64,000 nt of DNA, taken from assembly GCA_951406725.2 (NCBI GenBank), contig OX597818.1, positions 19,840,001-19,904,000 on the forward strand, given 5' to 3'. The first letter of the stretch is position 1. Each line of letters starts with the position of its first letter. This DNA comes from Octopus vulgaris (taxonomy: Eukaryota). The position numbers and the translations under genes were made by a program. Shown in pieces: positions 35,590 through 50,261 of the stretch. The notes under the pieces were generated by a model. The model was not told the DNA's origin, ran no database searches, and worked only from the letters and a program-made list of their open reading frames with translations.

Positions 35590-38460
35590 CAGGCAAGGGA
35601 AACAACAGGGTAGTGGCAGATTGCGGGCTATAAGGCATCCTTATTTGGTGAAGCAGTATGTCGCCATGGGTCATATTCGACGATGGGTGTGATTATTCAA
35701 TCGCACTGGTCAGCTACCGCTCGTCTTAAACTGGGCAGTCCCCAGTCAGTAAGGTGCTGATCCACCACGTCTGTCCGCTGCTAACGGTGTATGGAGCTAG
35801 GATAAAAACCGAAAAGCAGACGTAAAGCCCAGCACCTAACAAAAGAGGAAGAAAATTGAAATTGACCCCATTGAATCTGGGGACCTGGAATGGCAGAACA
35901 ATGACAACCGGAATGGGCATTACCGACCTGGATAAAACAGAGGACATCAGGAAAACGGCAATCATTGACAAGGAGCTCACACGGTTGAATGTAGATATCA
36001 CTGCCCTGCAAGAGACAAGACTTGCTGACTCTGGTTCCATTAGGGAAAGAAATCATACATTCTTCTGGAAGGGTCTTGAGGAAGATGAGAGGAGAATCTA
36101 TGGTGTGGGGTTCGCAGCACACAACAACTTGCTGAACAAGATCAGTACTCCTCGAGGCATATCTGAGTGCATTACTATCATGGAAATGGAGACTAAAACT
36201 GGAATCGTCCATCTCATTAGTGCCAGTGTTCCGATTCTAACAGCAGAAAATAAGAAAGATCAGTTCTACGAGGAACTTCAGGATGTGATCAACAGTGTCC
36301 CAAGGAAAGACCAACTCTTTCTCATGGGCGATTTCAATATAAGAGTAGGCACTCATCACCAAGCATGGCCCAACTGCCTTGGATAGTTTGAACTGGGGAA
36401 AATCAATGAGAATGGCCAGAGACTCTTACAATTTTGCACAAATAACAACCTGTGCATTGCAAACACCTACAATGGCAAAGACCGGCATAAAGTTTCTTGG
36501 TGCCATCCACGATCAGGTCAATGGCACCAGATTGTTTTCGTCATCGTCAGGAAAAATGATGTCAACACTGTGAAGCAAACAAGATCCTTCCACAGTGCAG
36601 ACTGTAACATAGATCATCTGTTGGTTATAGCCAAGGTAAAGATGGTCACAAAGAAAACACCAAGAGCCGAATAACCAAAGAAACCTAAGATCAACTCAAA
36701 CAACACCCAAGATCCAGCGATGAAAACCAAATTTCAAGAATATGTTGAAGAACAGCTCCAAAACTTAGATAGCTCATGTAGAACAGCATGAAATCAGCAA
36801 TATATGATTCTGTGTCGAGGGCATTTGGAACGTATCGATTTTCCAAGGAGGACTGGATCGAAGCCAATGCATCAATACTAATGTCATTACTTGAGAAAAA
36901 GTACAAGATCTTCATAAAGCACAATAAAAAGTCAACTGAAAGTACAAAGCAACAGTTACATGCTGCAAAATCCAAACTTCAAAAAGAAACTAGAAAATAT
37001 GCCAACCACTACTGGGATAAATCATGCTTAGAAATTCAACAGGCAAGTGACTTGGGTAACATCAGGAAAATGTATGAGAAGATTAGAGTTGCTATCAGAC
37101 CAACAGTGAGTAAAGGGGCACCCCTCAAGTCAGCAACAGATGACCAGCTGACGGACAAGAAGAAACAAACGGAAAGATGAGTGGGACATTACTCTCAATT
37201 GTACACAAAGGAACGAGATGTTGATAGACAGCTTGATGAGGCCATTCCTCAGCTCCCTGAAATGACAGAACTTGATATACCACCAACGGAAGAAGAACTC
37301 TCCACTGCAATCGATGAACTTGCAGGCGGAAAAGCACCCGGAAATGACAATATACCTGCTGAAGTGTTGAAAGAGAACAAAGATGCCCTCCTTCCACATT
37401 TATATAAGTTACTAAAGACATGTTGATTGGAAGTAAAAATTCACACAGGGTATGAGAGATCCCAAGATCATCACTCTCTACAAAAGTAAAGGGAACAAGG
37501 GATATTGCAATAACTACAAAGGCATCTCACTTCTGAGCATCACTGGAAAAGCTTTTGCGAGGATCATTCTGAAACGACTTCAGAAGCTAGCAGAAAGAGT
37601 ATTCCCAGAGAGACAGTGTGGTTTTAGATCTAACCGTTCAACAATGGATATGATCTTCTCCATTCGTCAACTACAAGAAAAATGCCGGGAGCAGCAATTA
37701 CGACTATATATAGCATTTGTCGATCTGACAAAGACATTCGATACAGTCAGCAGATCAGGACTGTACATGGTGCTTGGAAAATGTGGCTGTTCCCCAATAC
37801 TGCTGCAGCTCATTGTTTCGTTCCATGATGACATGAAGGCCACCATTCATTTTGACGGTTTAATATCAGATAGCTTCAACAGCGGAGTAAAACAAGGTTG
37901 TGTCTTAGCACCAATCCTTTTCAGCATTTATTTTACTGTATTACTGCAGTATGCATTTCAAGAGTCGCCGTGAGATATCTGCCTTTTTTTTTTTTGAGAA
38001 CTGATGGGTCACTCTTTGATCTTTCTAGATTTCGGGCCAAGACCAAGATCAATAGAGCAACAATAAGACTTTCTCTTCGCCGACGATGCAGCACCTGTTG
38101 CTCACAGTGAATTAACTCTACAAATAATGATGGACCACCTATCATCAGCATGTAAGGCCTTCGGTTTGGTCATCAGTGTAAAGAGGACAGTCATCCTTAC
38201 TCAGGAGGGCAATATGAAAGTCTATATCAAGCTTGATGACAAAGAGCTTGAGACAATGGACAGGTTCTGCTATCTAGGGTCTACCATTTCCTCTACTGCT
38301 TCATTTGATGGTGAGATTAACGTCAGGATAGGGAAGGCAGCAACAACTTTTGGAAGGCCATCAAAACGAGTATGGAAGAGCAAGAGATTAGACATCAAGA
38401 CAAAGATCAGGATTTATGAAACATGTGTTCTCAGCACAATCCTCTATGGATCTGAAACAT
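35590..38460 (+). mobile_element. Near-full-length degenerate RTE (BovB-like) LINE, 3'-truncated
   Basis: LGTWNGRTM, ALQETRL, MGDFN, KAPGNDNIPAE, QCGFRS, AFVDLTKTFD, GVKQGCVLAP, FCYLGS; multiple stops. Confidence 0.92.
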
Positions 38461-38784
38461 ATATTAGATATATATGTATAAGGATCCCTTCCAGGGGCCC
38501 TAATATCGTTTTTTTTTCAACAATCTGAGTATGCTATGAGGTTTCCAGACATGAGTTCTACTCACGTGTCAAGTTTCATCAAAATCGATAAAACGATGTA
38601 AGAGGAGTTAGCCAACAACTCCACAAACACACCCACAGACAGAATTCCCCACATATGTAGTATATGTATTATGTATGTATGTATGTATGTATGTATGTAT
38701 GTATGTACGTACGTACGTACGCATGCATGCATACATGTATGTATGTATGTATGTATGTATGTATGTATGTATGTATGTATGTAG

Positions 38785-39060
38785 ATATCTCCCCAAAGCC
38801 ACTGACAGAGGCAGAATATTCCACGAAGGTTTACAATAAGTGTCCTGTGAACTGCCAGTGCAACACAGTAGCCATGTTCTATAAAGCAGAAGTGGTGTCG
38901 ATTAACACTAACGGAGCGGCACATTTGCAGAAATAAGTCAGAGCAATGGAGGACCCTTTTAAGGTTAGGCTGATTGATCACATATCCCCTTTTAGAATCA
39001 AAGAGAGACGCAATGTTTACAACTGTAGCCAGCTATACATAGTGATTAAAAGAAGTAGCG
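38785..39060 (+). mobile_element. Penelope-like GIY-YIG endonuclease remnant
   Basis: CPVNCQC...FYKAEV followed by EDPFKVRLIDHISPFR, resembling the CP..G.C...VYKAEV...YIG...FK.R...H..SF pattern of Penelope endonucleases. Confidence 0.55.
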
Positions 39061-39099
39061 GCTACAAAAGTCAACTTACTGATTTTCCATTTGACAGCA

Positions 39100-39420
39100 A
39101 AGGGTGGATTGGGATGTGTTGAGGTCAATTGTTAATTCCTACTTACTTCTACGAGAATTGAATCCCACTAATTATCTTGAGGCATCTTGATCGAAGTTTG
39201 AGTTGATCCTGGTCTGAGTTGATCTTTCAATGACATATCTCCCGAACGAAACTTTGGAAACCAATTTCGCATTTGCTCGTCAGTAATAACGCCTTTGTCA
39301 AAAACACTGCAAGTTTTATCGTTGTTTCTGTGGCATTTTTCCATTCTTAAACTCCTACAACATCATATGCCGAATATACACTTTCAGTTCATCCATTTTA
39401 AAGGAGTGAAATTTAATATT
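39100..39420 (-). mobile_element. mariner transposase N-terminal (HTH) remnant
   Basis: Minus strand TCSVFDKGVITDEQMRNWFPKFRSGDMSLKDQLRPG. Confidence 0.7.
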
Positions 39421-39923
39421 AAGCTATGTTGTGCACACTTTCACTGCTTAAATGTGAACTGATGAGGATCTTTTAAAAACGGTAGTTTCCATTTCAAAGT
39501 TAAACCATAACTATGATTTGACCCATCATGAACCAGTACCTTCTAGGTGAAATGATGTGCAAACAATTGTCATGAATTATAAATGCAGATGCATCTCTTC
39601 AGATAATTTTTCACTTGAATGGTTTAAAGAACTAGAGATATAAATAGTAAATTTACACAACTAGATATAACTAGCAATTACTCAACTATCAATCCTATTC
39701 TTCTGAATAAGGCCTTAACTTTTGATATATCGAATTCGGAATTATCTAGATCAGAGATAGAAATTATATAATTATATTAGCCGCACGATGAATTATGGTA
39801 GATTTCGATGGCAAACTTTGGAGTAGATCAGAAAGGAAGATTCTTTCGATATAGGAATGGGGTCTAGTTACTCAACACAAGCCGTGGATCTAGTCAAAGT
39901 ATATATTATCTCAAATCGAATAC

Positions 39924-39967
<44 letters not shown>

Positions 39968-41338
39968 CGCAGGAGTGGCTGTGTGGTAAATAGCCTACTT
40001 ACCAACCACATGGTTCCGGGTTCAGTCCCACTGCGTGGCACCTTGAGCAAGTGTCTTCTACTATAGCCTCGGGCCGACCAAAACCTTGTGAGTGGATTTG
40101 GCAGACGGAAACTGAAAGAAGCCCGTCGTATGTATGTATATATATATATGTATGTGTGTTTGTGTGTCTGTGCCCCCCACCCCCAGCATCGCTTGACAAC
40201 CGATGCTGGTGTGTTTACGTCTCGTAACTTAGTGGTTCGGCAAAAGAGACCGATAGAAAGAATAAATCCTGGGATCGATTTCCTCGACTAAAGGCGGTGC
40301 TTCTTCCGCCCTTTTCAAGCCTAGCCAGGCTCATGGGCCCGGTTTCCCGGTTTCTGTGGCGTATGTGTTCCCCCCAGCTGGACGGGACGCCAGTCCATCG
40401 CAGCGTTACCCAACACACTGTAAAGCATTAGAACAGTAATACATTTTTAAGGAAGTTAGCTGTTATGGATTGTCATGGAGTGACCATTGGTTTAGCAGCT
40501 ATAAAGTCACCTATACTTTTAAGCACTTTACAGGTGAGTAACCAATGTCACACTGTGACCGGCCATAACATTTAAATTCCTAAAAATAATATATGTATAT
40601 ATTTACATGTACTCACACACGCAATTAGTTACAAAATATATCCATCGAATTTAAGACCTCATAATAACATCTCGTTAAACTCCTATACAATGCAAACATC
40701 AAAAGTGGAGAAAATTTCTATATATATATAAGTTGGCTGAGAGAAAAAAAATTTAGAATACTAACAAAGAAAAAGCTTTCACAGATGTTTCCGAAAAATC
40801 TTTTGAAATCTTTTTGCTTCTTTTACTTTTTTTATGCTGTAATAATTACAAAAACAGTTGTTCAAATTATACAAATTGCCATACAATTTTGCAGGCGTGA
40901 GAAAAAAAAAATACCAAGCACACCTCTCTCAAGCTTAAGTAGATCCGACCTGAAAAACGAATAACTACGATAAAAAGAACAATGAGCATACATACATACA
41001 TACATACATACATGCATGCATGCATGCATGTATACATACATACATACATACATACATACATACATACATACATACATACATACGTATGTATGTATGTATA
41101 TATTTATATATACATATATAGATTTTATGCTTTTATTTATTTTAGTAATTTAATGGCGGCCTTGCTGGAGCATCGCCTTGAAGGGTTTTAGTCGAACAAC
41201 TTGACCCCAGGACTTACGCCTAGTACTTATTCTATCGAACTCTTTTGTCGAACCGCTAAGTTACGGTGACGTAAACATACAAACATCGGTTAACAAGCGG
41301 TGATGGTGAGACAAACACAGACACAAAAACACACAGGG

Positions 41339-41398
<60 letters not shown>

Positions 41399-41454
41399 TA
41401 GCTGAAGGTGACCCGCGGGTAAGAGTGTGGTTGTTACTTTCTGTTGCTTCCTTT

Positions 41455-41772
41455 CAGCACGTAAAAAGCACCATCCGAACGTGGCCGATTGCAGCGCCGC
41501 CTTGACTTGCTTCTGTGCCGGTGGCACGTAAAAAGCACCAACTGATCGTGACCACTGCCAACCCCCCTGGCACCTGTGCCGGCAGCACGAAAAAAGCACC
41601 CACTACGCTCACAGAGTGGTTGGCGTTAGGAAGGGCATCCACCTGTAGAAACACTGCCAGATCAGACTGGAGCCTGGTGCAGCCTCCTGGCTTCCCAGAC
41701 CCCGGTCAAACTGTCCAACCCGTGCTAGCACGGAAAACGGACGTTAAACGATGATGATGATGATGATGATGA
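41455..41772 (+). mobile_element. Isolated RTE 3' tail
   Basis: Same 3' UTR units and (gat)n end as the other copies. Confidence 0.85.
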
Positions 41773-42609
41773 TTCTCCCTCTTTGTTTCTCTCTCCTTTC
41801 TCTCTCACTTTTCCCACTCTCTTACTCTTCCTTTCTCTCGGACTCTCCCTCGCTTTCTCTTACTCTCTATCTTTATCTATCTCTCTCCCATTTATAAACA
41901 ACAAAAGATCTTGAGTAAGTTGAGAAATGAAATATTTAGAAAGATCAATCATAAATATCAGGCAGTAACAATGGAAAGGTCTGCTTCAAGGCAGACAGCA
42001 AAACACTAACATTTAAAAATGACAGACGAACTTGCGAGCTGAATAAAAATAATAAAATATTGGAAACCAAAGTTTGAAGGGATAGAATGTGAGGATAGTA
42101 GAGTCACCATGGCTGGCATTTCTTAACAACGGACAGCAACGTATTGACAGTTTAACGGCTGGCGTAAAATTTTGAACTTGATGTAAAAGAAAATCCCTAA
42201 ACACCAAGTTTTGAAGTGATTCTTTCTCACGACAGTAGACTCACCATGGCAAGCATTCAAAACGTCTTCATCATGGACGGCAACACATTGACGATTAAAA
42301 GGCTGGCGCAAATTTTTTAGCTTGATGTAACAGAAAATTCTTAAACACCCGCTCCTTTAAATTTTAATCCCCTTCCAGTCCCATTTAGACCCTTTTCACA
42401 TTTTGGTTAATATAACCCGATTTCATTTGGGTCTACTGGGGCCACATTTTATAAGATGGGGAATTTTGTCCTAGAGGTCACGCCTTTCATTTGAGGGAAA
42501 AAAATAGTTGTCATGCAAACTTGCGAGCACTTTTAACATAGGTCTGCATATTTTCAGCTCAACCGACCACATAATGCACACATTATATATACACATATAT
42601 ATATATGTG

Positions 42610-42642
<33 letters not shown>

Positions 42643-43393
42643 TGGAGTCTCTCTCATACGTGAGCGTTGACACTGAATTCGACTGGTAAGCAGGTAACCT
42701 TGTCTTTGTTGAAATAGTTGTGAGCTGCTGGAGTTATTTCTCTGACGGGTAATAGGAATTTCCATATCCTCCGAGGAAATTAACTGTTGACCCAGACAAT
42801 TAGAATTAATTTTAATAGAAGCATCAATTTAAGAAAAAATAATAAAGTAGTAAAACATGAAAATTTATCACGAAAAATTTGCAGGGTTCTAAATAAATGT
42901 TAAAATGTAATAGATACGAAAAACCTACGTTATCACCAGAACACGAACGCTGGTTGGTGTGTTCTGTTTGTATTTGCTCCGTCGGCGCGTTGACAGGCAG
43001 CCAATAGAATGCGATGGCGGTGGCGATGATAATTCTCTCTATGAATGCAGACAGATACATAAAAGAAGGCCATTTGAGGAAGTGAAGGTAATGGGAATGT
43101 ATGAAACAGAGTGAGTGAAAAAGTGCTGGGAAGAGAAGAAATAGCGAGAGTGAGTTGAGGAAGACAGATACATTAAAGAACCGGAGTGGACTTGTCAAAG
43201 TGGGTTTTTTTGGCCCTAGCAACGACACCTTTTAAGATAGGGATTTCTAAGGTAGCCTACAGGCATCGTCACCTCATTTTACACGTCCCTGTAAATTTTG
43301 GAGTGAATCGGACGGGATGTAGTGGCCTTGAAAGCGATCCAAGCGGTAAAAACGCATTTCAGTTTTATATATAGAGATATACATATACCTAAT

Positions 43394-43470
<77 letters not shown>

Positions 43471-44379
43471 CACACACACACACACACACACAACACACAC
43501 ATGACGGGCTTCTTTCTGTTTCTCACCTGCCAAATCCACTCACAAGGCCTTGGTCGGCCTGAAGTTATAATAGAAAACACATGCCCAAGGTGCTATGCAA
43601 TGTGACTGAACCCGGAACCATCTTTATTTCATATAATTTGCCACAAGAGTAAGAAGCTTGTGGGCTGGACGCAGACAAAATGAGATGAAATGAAAACATA
43701 ATGATAAAGAAGAGAGGGATATCGGCGCCCAACGACCAACAAGCACATGAATACAATTTTTCCTTTACAATCAAAATATCAAACAAAAATTCAAAAAAAT
43801 ATCAATGCAAATCAATAAGGTGAAGGTCAATCCTCCTCATTGGAGCCCCCAAGCAAGTTGACAACTCTGCACCGACAAGTCGGGGCCCGTGAAGAGGAAA
43901 GCAAACTCTTTCTTGTCAAAGGTCGCTATGAGCCTCGACAGAATTTTATGCCACCTGCGGAGGCCATATTGGACTGCCTATGCAGTCTGAGTACCTACAG
44001 TCTCGGTCGCCCAGGCCGTCCAAAAATTCTCCCACAGGCCCTCCCTCGTGATAAAGGAGAACAAACGCCTCCTCCTCCTCACGGAAAGGGGCCTCAAGCT
44101 GTTCCGTCAGATAGGAAAGAGAGACAGTCTTGCACCAAATATTGAACACTGTGTAGGGTACCACTGAGTGGGAACAGAAGTGAGTGTGTGACATTACATT
44201 GACTAACAGCCATAAAATGTTGCACAGAAAGTCAACACACACATATATATATAAGGATGAAGGAAATTGTTGTATACAGTGCTCAGGTGCACTACAACTA
44301 AAAAGAAAAAAATGGCCATCAGGTGCACTGTTGGAAGATTTCAGGACACGTGGAAATTTTGAAGGATGTAGTATAGTTT

Positions 44380-45118
44380 TCGACCGACTTTCCAGGAAGT
44401 TAGGAAAATCTTAGAACTTTCCATGAATCCACGGGACTTTCCAGGAAGTTTCCGAATGATTTTCCAGGAAGTTGGGAATACCCGGAACTTTCCATGAAAT
44501 CCCCGGAACTTCCCAAGAAGTTTCCGATCAATTTTCCAGGAAGATGGGAAATCCCCTGAAATTTCCATGAAATCCACTGAACTTTCCATGAAGTTTCCGA
44601 ACGGGTTTCCAGGAAGTTGGAAATTCCCGGAACTTTCCAGGAAGATGGGAAACCCCCGGAACTTTCCATGAAGTCCTCGGGACTTTCCATGAAGTTTCCG
44701 ACCTAATTTGGAACTTTCCATCAAATCATCGGGAACTTTCCATGAAGTTTCCAAACGGGTTTCCAAGAAGTTTGGAAATCCCCGGAACTTTCCATTAAAT
44801 CTTCGGAACTTTCCAGGAAGTTTCAGACCAAATCTCCATGAAGTTGGGAAATTTTCCATGAAGTTGGGAAATCCCCGGAATTGTCCATGAAATCATCGGA
44901 ACTTTCCGATCAATTTTCCAGGAAGTCAGGAAATCCCGGAATTTTCCAGGAAATCCTCCGAACTTTCCCTGAAATCCTAGGAACTTTCCGGTCAATTTCA
45001 CAGGAAGTCGGAAAATCCCCGGAACTTTCCATGAAATCTTCGGAACTTTCCAGGAAGTTTCCGAACGGTTTCCCAGGAAGTTGAGGAATCCCCGAAATTT
45101 TCCAGGAAGTTTCCGACC
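44380..45118. repeat. ~740-bp complex tandem array of ggaactttcc / ttccaggaag / gggaaatcccc subunits (higher-order unit ~75 bp)
   Basis: Directly visible recurrent 10-11-bp subunits. Confidence 0.9.
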
Positions 45119-48100
45119 ATGTGTATATGAGGATATGGTTGTGTACACACATGTACACATATATATGCATGTGTGTGTGTGTGGATATGTGTATGTACAA
45201 GTACATATATATATGCTTGTGTGTATGTGCATATATATGTTTGCATGAGTGTATATGTATGTAGACACCGGAGGTTTTATATCTATGTATTGTGAGAATA
45301 TTGTTGCTTGTATTTTTCATATATTTTTACTACATGTTAGAGTCACTTCCCTTTTTATTCACGGTTTTTCATAGCGTATCTTGCCATTAATAGCTGACAA
45401 GAATATATTGTAGCTCTTCACTCTGACATTTGAAACTCCGAGTACTATAATGACAACCTTTTATTGTTTGTTCTAAATCATAACATGTATATATATATAT
45501 ATATATATACATACATACACACACACACACATTGTTCATCATAACTGGGGCAATCTCATTCACTCTACCATATTTTACTTGTTGCCTTAAAAAAACTACA
45601 AAATAATCGCCTTTTTGTCCACTTTTGTATGTTTGTATAGGTTGACTGGGTCCTCCCAAAGAGAGTATTCCATTGTCATCTCGTTTTGGAGGTTCAGCAT
45701 CTAGAATTCAGTTTTCTATCTTTCTTGGTCTTACTTCACTAATTTCCTTCTGTTTGGACTTCTTTACTCAACTATCATCATTCATATGCACTGCAAATCT
45801 ATACCAAAGCAGTCTCCTCCCTTCCATACATTTTATTCCTTTTATACCAAATTTCTTTCTCAATTCATCTGTGCCCTGTTCTTTTTACAAATTAACAAGA
45901 CACATCCAACAGAACTTGCTCACTTCATTTTTCTCTATCCTTTGCACAACCTCTCCATTCAATACCTATATCTTTCTATCATGCAACATTGTACTTTGTA
46001 CACAATCTAACTTTTACTTGAAGAGAGAATTTTTTTTGTTTTCAACAGAGATAAAAGATCCCCAAACTTTTCCTACCCTGTACTTATTTTGACTGCTCTT
46101 TCAGTATACTCTCTTTTACTGCTGATCAAATCATATAGTCAACAGATGTTATCAACTACTTTTATGGACCCTTCTGTGCTTAGGAAAGCATTTAGTTTAT
46201 TAGTGTTCTAACTGCAAACTCCTCTAGTACATCTGCCACATATATCTTTTTTCTCTGTCAGCTTGTATATGATTACAATATTCCTCTTGTGTACCCGTAG
46301 TTTACACTGAGTATACCATATGAATCTCCTACCTTCTGTTCTGTTTATTGAACCTGATTCTTGTCTTCTTCCCTAATTACTAAAACCTTCATTTTCAGTA
46401 AGTCTTAATAAAAACTAAGCAGGAACGATATGTTTATTGGCATATGGTTGATATTGTTTGAATCATCATATTTTTACAAATTTGCTGCCAGTCTGTTTTA
46501 TTTTTCTGTTAAGTGTCTATCTGAATGAACCTTGTTAAGCACATAACACAGTTTATAACTAACCAATTAGCTAGGGCAAAATATTGGTCCAAAGTATTCC
46601 CATCAACAACTGTGAGCTGAAGATAGTATATGAGTTTACATACCTTGACTCCATCTTCATTGATCTACCTAAAGTTTGAGATCAAGAGAGGGTGGAGAAG
46701 TGTAGCCTCATTTCTAGGTGGTATGACAAAGATAGAGTGGAAGAATAGCAAGATGACAATGTGCAATAAAATTGCTGTCTACAGAGATTGCATCCTCAAC
46801 ATACTGCATTATAAGAATGAGAATTGGAGTCACTACTTCAGTTACGAGCAATGTCACAGCACTTTCCATCTTTATATCATAAAGTAGACTGACTAAATCA
46901 CCAATAATGACTTCTGGTTTGCATCCAGATATCAAGCTTCTTCACCCAGCTTTCAAAATGATGTCTCTACTGTGAGACCCACATTCACTCATATCATATG
47001 GAATGACTTTGAAAGGTTAGGAGTTGGTAACCTGTGAAAACGTAGAAATGTAACCCTTCCTATCTTTGTTTTCAAAATGTCTGCAAGAGAGCTATATAAT
47101 CCCCGATCAGAAACCTTGAGAGGTGACACTCTTATTAGTGTCTTGAAGTAGATGAGAACTTAAAAAGATAAAGCTCGCAGCTAGAAAAAAGTGTAGTTGC
47201 TGAAAAACACACCAGGCAGTAATGACAAACAATGCCTTCAACTGCAATTATTTATTTAGCTCAAAATTATTTGAAGATGTGTCAAGTTTTTAGTTAAAAT
47301 GTTGTGTGTGTTTCATTAAAAGTTTTACCTTTTAATATCTTTTTTTTAATTTTGGCAGCCCTTAATAAAAGAAATATTGGTGAGAGAAATTGAAATTCCT
47401 TGAAGTTTTCCCTTACCCATGGCCTTATCTTTAAGCAAGCTTTATGCAAAAAAGATGTTTAAAATATCCTTTTCAGGTCAACTGAAGGAGTAAATTGAGT
47501 GCTTTTTCCCTTTCAGAAATACATGAAGATCTAGTTGGCTGTTCTCTTCTATTATATACAATTCTCCAACAGACAAAGAAAGCAACACGGTTTAGTGAAT
47601 GCCCTATTACATGCTTTTAACATAGGAATTACTTTATGATTTCTCCAATAGTGATCACTGAACTGAATTGCATTAAAAAAGAATTCCATGTCAACATAAT
47701 GTCTGCTAGATGTAGTGAATGTGTGTTGGGAATTTTTATGATGCAATATAACTGCTTTTAATGTTTGTAGTGATGAATCAATTAGAAAAAAATAGCCATC
47801 TCCTTATAAACAAGCAGATAAATTTGTCAGATAAATGTCAGATAAACAAGCAAAACATCCATAAATGTGACCATATCAAAAGAGAGGGCTTTTAACCTAG
47901 AAATGAACTGTTAAATCAAAATTTCACTTATTGTTATATTTTCTTCAGGCAAGTGTCTTTTTTTCAAACCAGAGTTTTAAATCCTTCACCAGATCATTCA
48001 TACTTTTTTATGTGAAAAGAATTGAAGAATTGAACATATACTCCTTGCTACTTTATATCTAAAGCCTAAACAAACATTAGAAGCACCTTTAGTAATTGCA

Positions 48101-48399
48101 ATGTAATCAATATTTTCATCATAATTGGAGCTGAGTCCATCTTGGGAAAGAATATAAACACTGTTTCATCATACACAAATCTATACACAGAGTTCAAATT
48201 TGTGCTTTCCAAAAGAAAACCCTTGAAATATTCAAAGCCAGAGCTTCTGAAGCTGACATATACCGTCCCTACTTTTATTAATAGAAATGCAAAACAGAGA
48301 TTTTATTCACTTAATTCTTCATCTTTTGGCAAATTTTGGAAAATTTAAAAGTTGGAAATACAATCTACATAATTTACACATAAAAATAATAATATAATA

Positions 48400-48830
48400 A
48401 AGCTAGCTCACTGATAAGCTCCTTAATTCTAGGTTAAATGCTTGCAAGATTATTTGCGTATACTTTCTACCTGTAGATGACATTTCTATTTCGTTTTTAA
48501 ACTAGTTAAAGATTTTTTTCACATCAATATGTTGAGCCAAATGGAGGCAGGATTTGTATTATTTTCTTTGAACAATTTGTGTACTGCTGAGTAGGAATAA
48601 ACTCATTCAAAAAGCTTTGAAAAACAAGATTTTCAAAGAAGTATCAGTTTTCATGCAAATAATTTCTTCTCTTAACTCTTGTAGAACTTTTTCAGTATCA
48701 TACATTGATTGATTCACTAGTTAATTGTATTTTTTATCTGGAATTTCAAAGAAGTGTTAATACTTAAACTTTCTGTCTCTTCAAGAAAGTTATTTCTGGT
48801 AATGTTTGCAATTTCTGTGGCTTCGGAAAA
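48400..48830 (-). mobile_element. hAT (Charlie/Buster-type) transposase C-terminal remnant
   Basis: Minus strand PPFGSTY*CEK...KTK*KCHLQVE...PRIKELI resembles the PFGSTYLCE..FS...KTK.R.RL dimerisation motif. Confidence 0.6.
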
Positions 48831-48984
48831 TTGTTTAATCAGAATGATATGATATGTAATTCCTTCTCAATTGCTGTTTCTTACAAAATACATAAATTTT
48901 ACCATTTTTGAGGAAGCAGATCTGAATGCTGTTCTTGGAAAGATTAAGTGAAAACAATGACTGTATCAAAGAAGTTAAGCTGGC

Positions 48985-50080
48985 TGTAGTCAAATGCAAC
49001 TCTATACATTTTGGGAAGTAAAAACCTAGAATGTACCTACTCCTTCCACAACACAAACCTTAAGAAATCTGCTGGTGAATGTGACTTTATCAACAATATT
49101 AGTCACATATGTTTTAGGCTTATTTTCTGCTGAATACTGGACTCTTGTGGCTTTATTCATAGATAAGATAAATGTAAGAGGAATTTCTATGCAGTTAGAA
49201 AATTGACTGTAGGCTTAACATAGATCAACATAAAGCCAAGAAACACCAAAAAGAAGCATATGTAGAAATAGTCCAAAACATATGGGGTTTGATATGTAAG
49301 GGCTTGATATTGTTGATAATAATGACAAGGTCATGATCACCAGCAGACTTCTTAAGGTTTGAGTTGTAGAGCAGTAGGTACATTCCAGGTTCATTTCCCC
49401 CAAAATGCATAGTGATGCACTTATCAACAGCTAACTTAAGTTGCTAGTTAACAATCCTTATGTCCAGGTTAGATTGTAGGAAAGATCTTTAGTGTATAAG
49501 ATCTATGCATTTTACTTCGAGGTACAGCTTAATGTCTGCATGTTAATATATGCAACAAAGAACAAGGACTTCAGGCATCATCACATAAAGTGCAGTACTG
49601 TGGTTAGTACCATGGCTACCTCTTTTCATACAAGAATAAAGAACTTCAACAAATTATGAAAATAAACACTCACACCCATTTCAAAGAGAATTGCCTAAGT
49701 CACTTGAGTGATACAGAATTAAAGGTTTTGATGAAGATGCAATAAGTAATAGCCACCCATTTGTAATATGAATGACGTCTTCAAGAACTTTCATAGCAGC
49801 TGGAGTGAGGGATGAATCCAAATTATGAGGATTGAATATGTTTATGAGAGTTCCAGAATGTATTCCAGATATGGGACTGCATCAGTTTAGTGATACGGCT
49901 GGTGAGACTGACTAGTTGATAATTGGCAAGTGATGTGTGGTCACTCCTTTTGAACAAGGGAATAATGCTGGCAATTTTCAAATTTTTTGTGGGTAATGCA
50001 ATTATGAAGGTAGAATTAGAAGAGGAGTAAAAGATGATATAGCAGAAAGAGCTCATTGCATTGAGAAGCAGATAAGTAAC
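48985..50080. mobile_element. CR1/L2-like LINE remnants, including an inverted pair of the same segment
   Basis: KIASIIPLFKRSDHTSLANYQLVSLTS (49823-50056, -); MHFG..N...Y.L segment at 49215-49425 (-) and 48990-49170 (+). Confidence 0.6.
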
Positions 50081-50261
50081 ACACTCAAGACTAGGGGAAA
50101 TATAGTTGCATATACTCTTGAGTTGGCATCACTACATTGTAGTTGTAATTTCAACAGATGTCATAAAATTAGGAGTCGTTAGCAGTGAAGTTGGTACATT
50201 TCGATTTTCAATAGCAAAAATGCCAGCATAGCATTTGGCAGTAAGTTCTGTACAATTTTTG

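Noticed and set aside
39455-39490. CTGATGA hammerhead-like start
   Set aside because: No GAAA core or convincing stem II.
44341-45320. ORFs of 80-170 aa with KLPGKFRGF-type repeats
   Set aside because: Translations of the tandem array, open in several frames on both strands.
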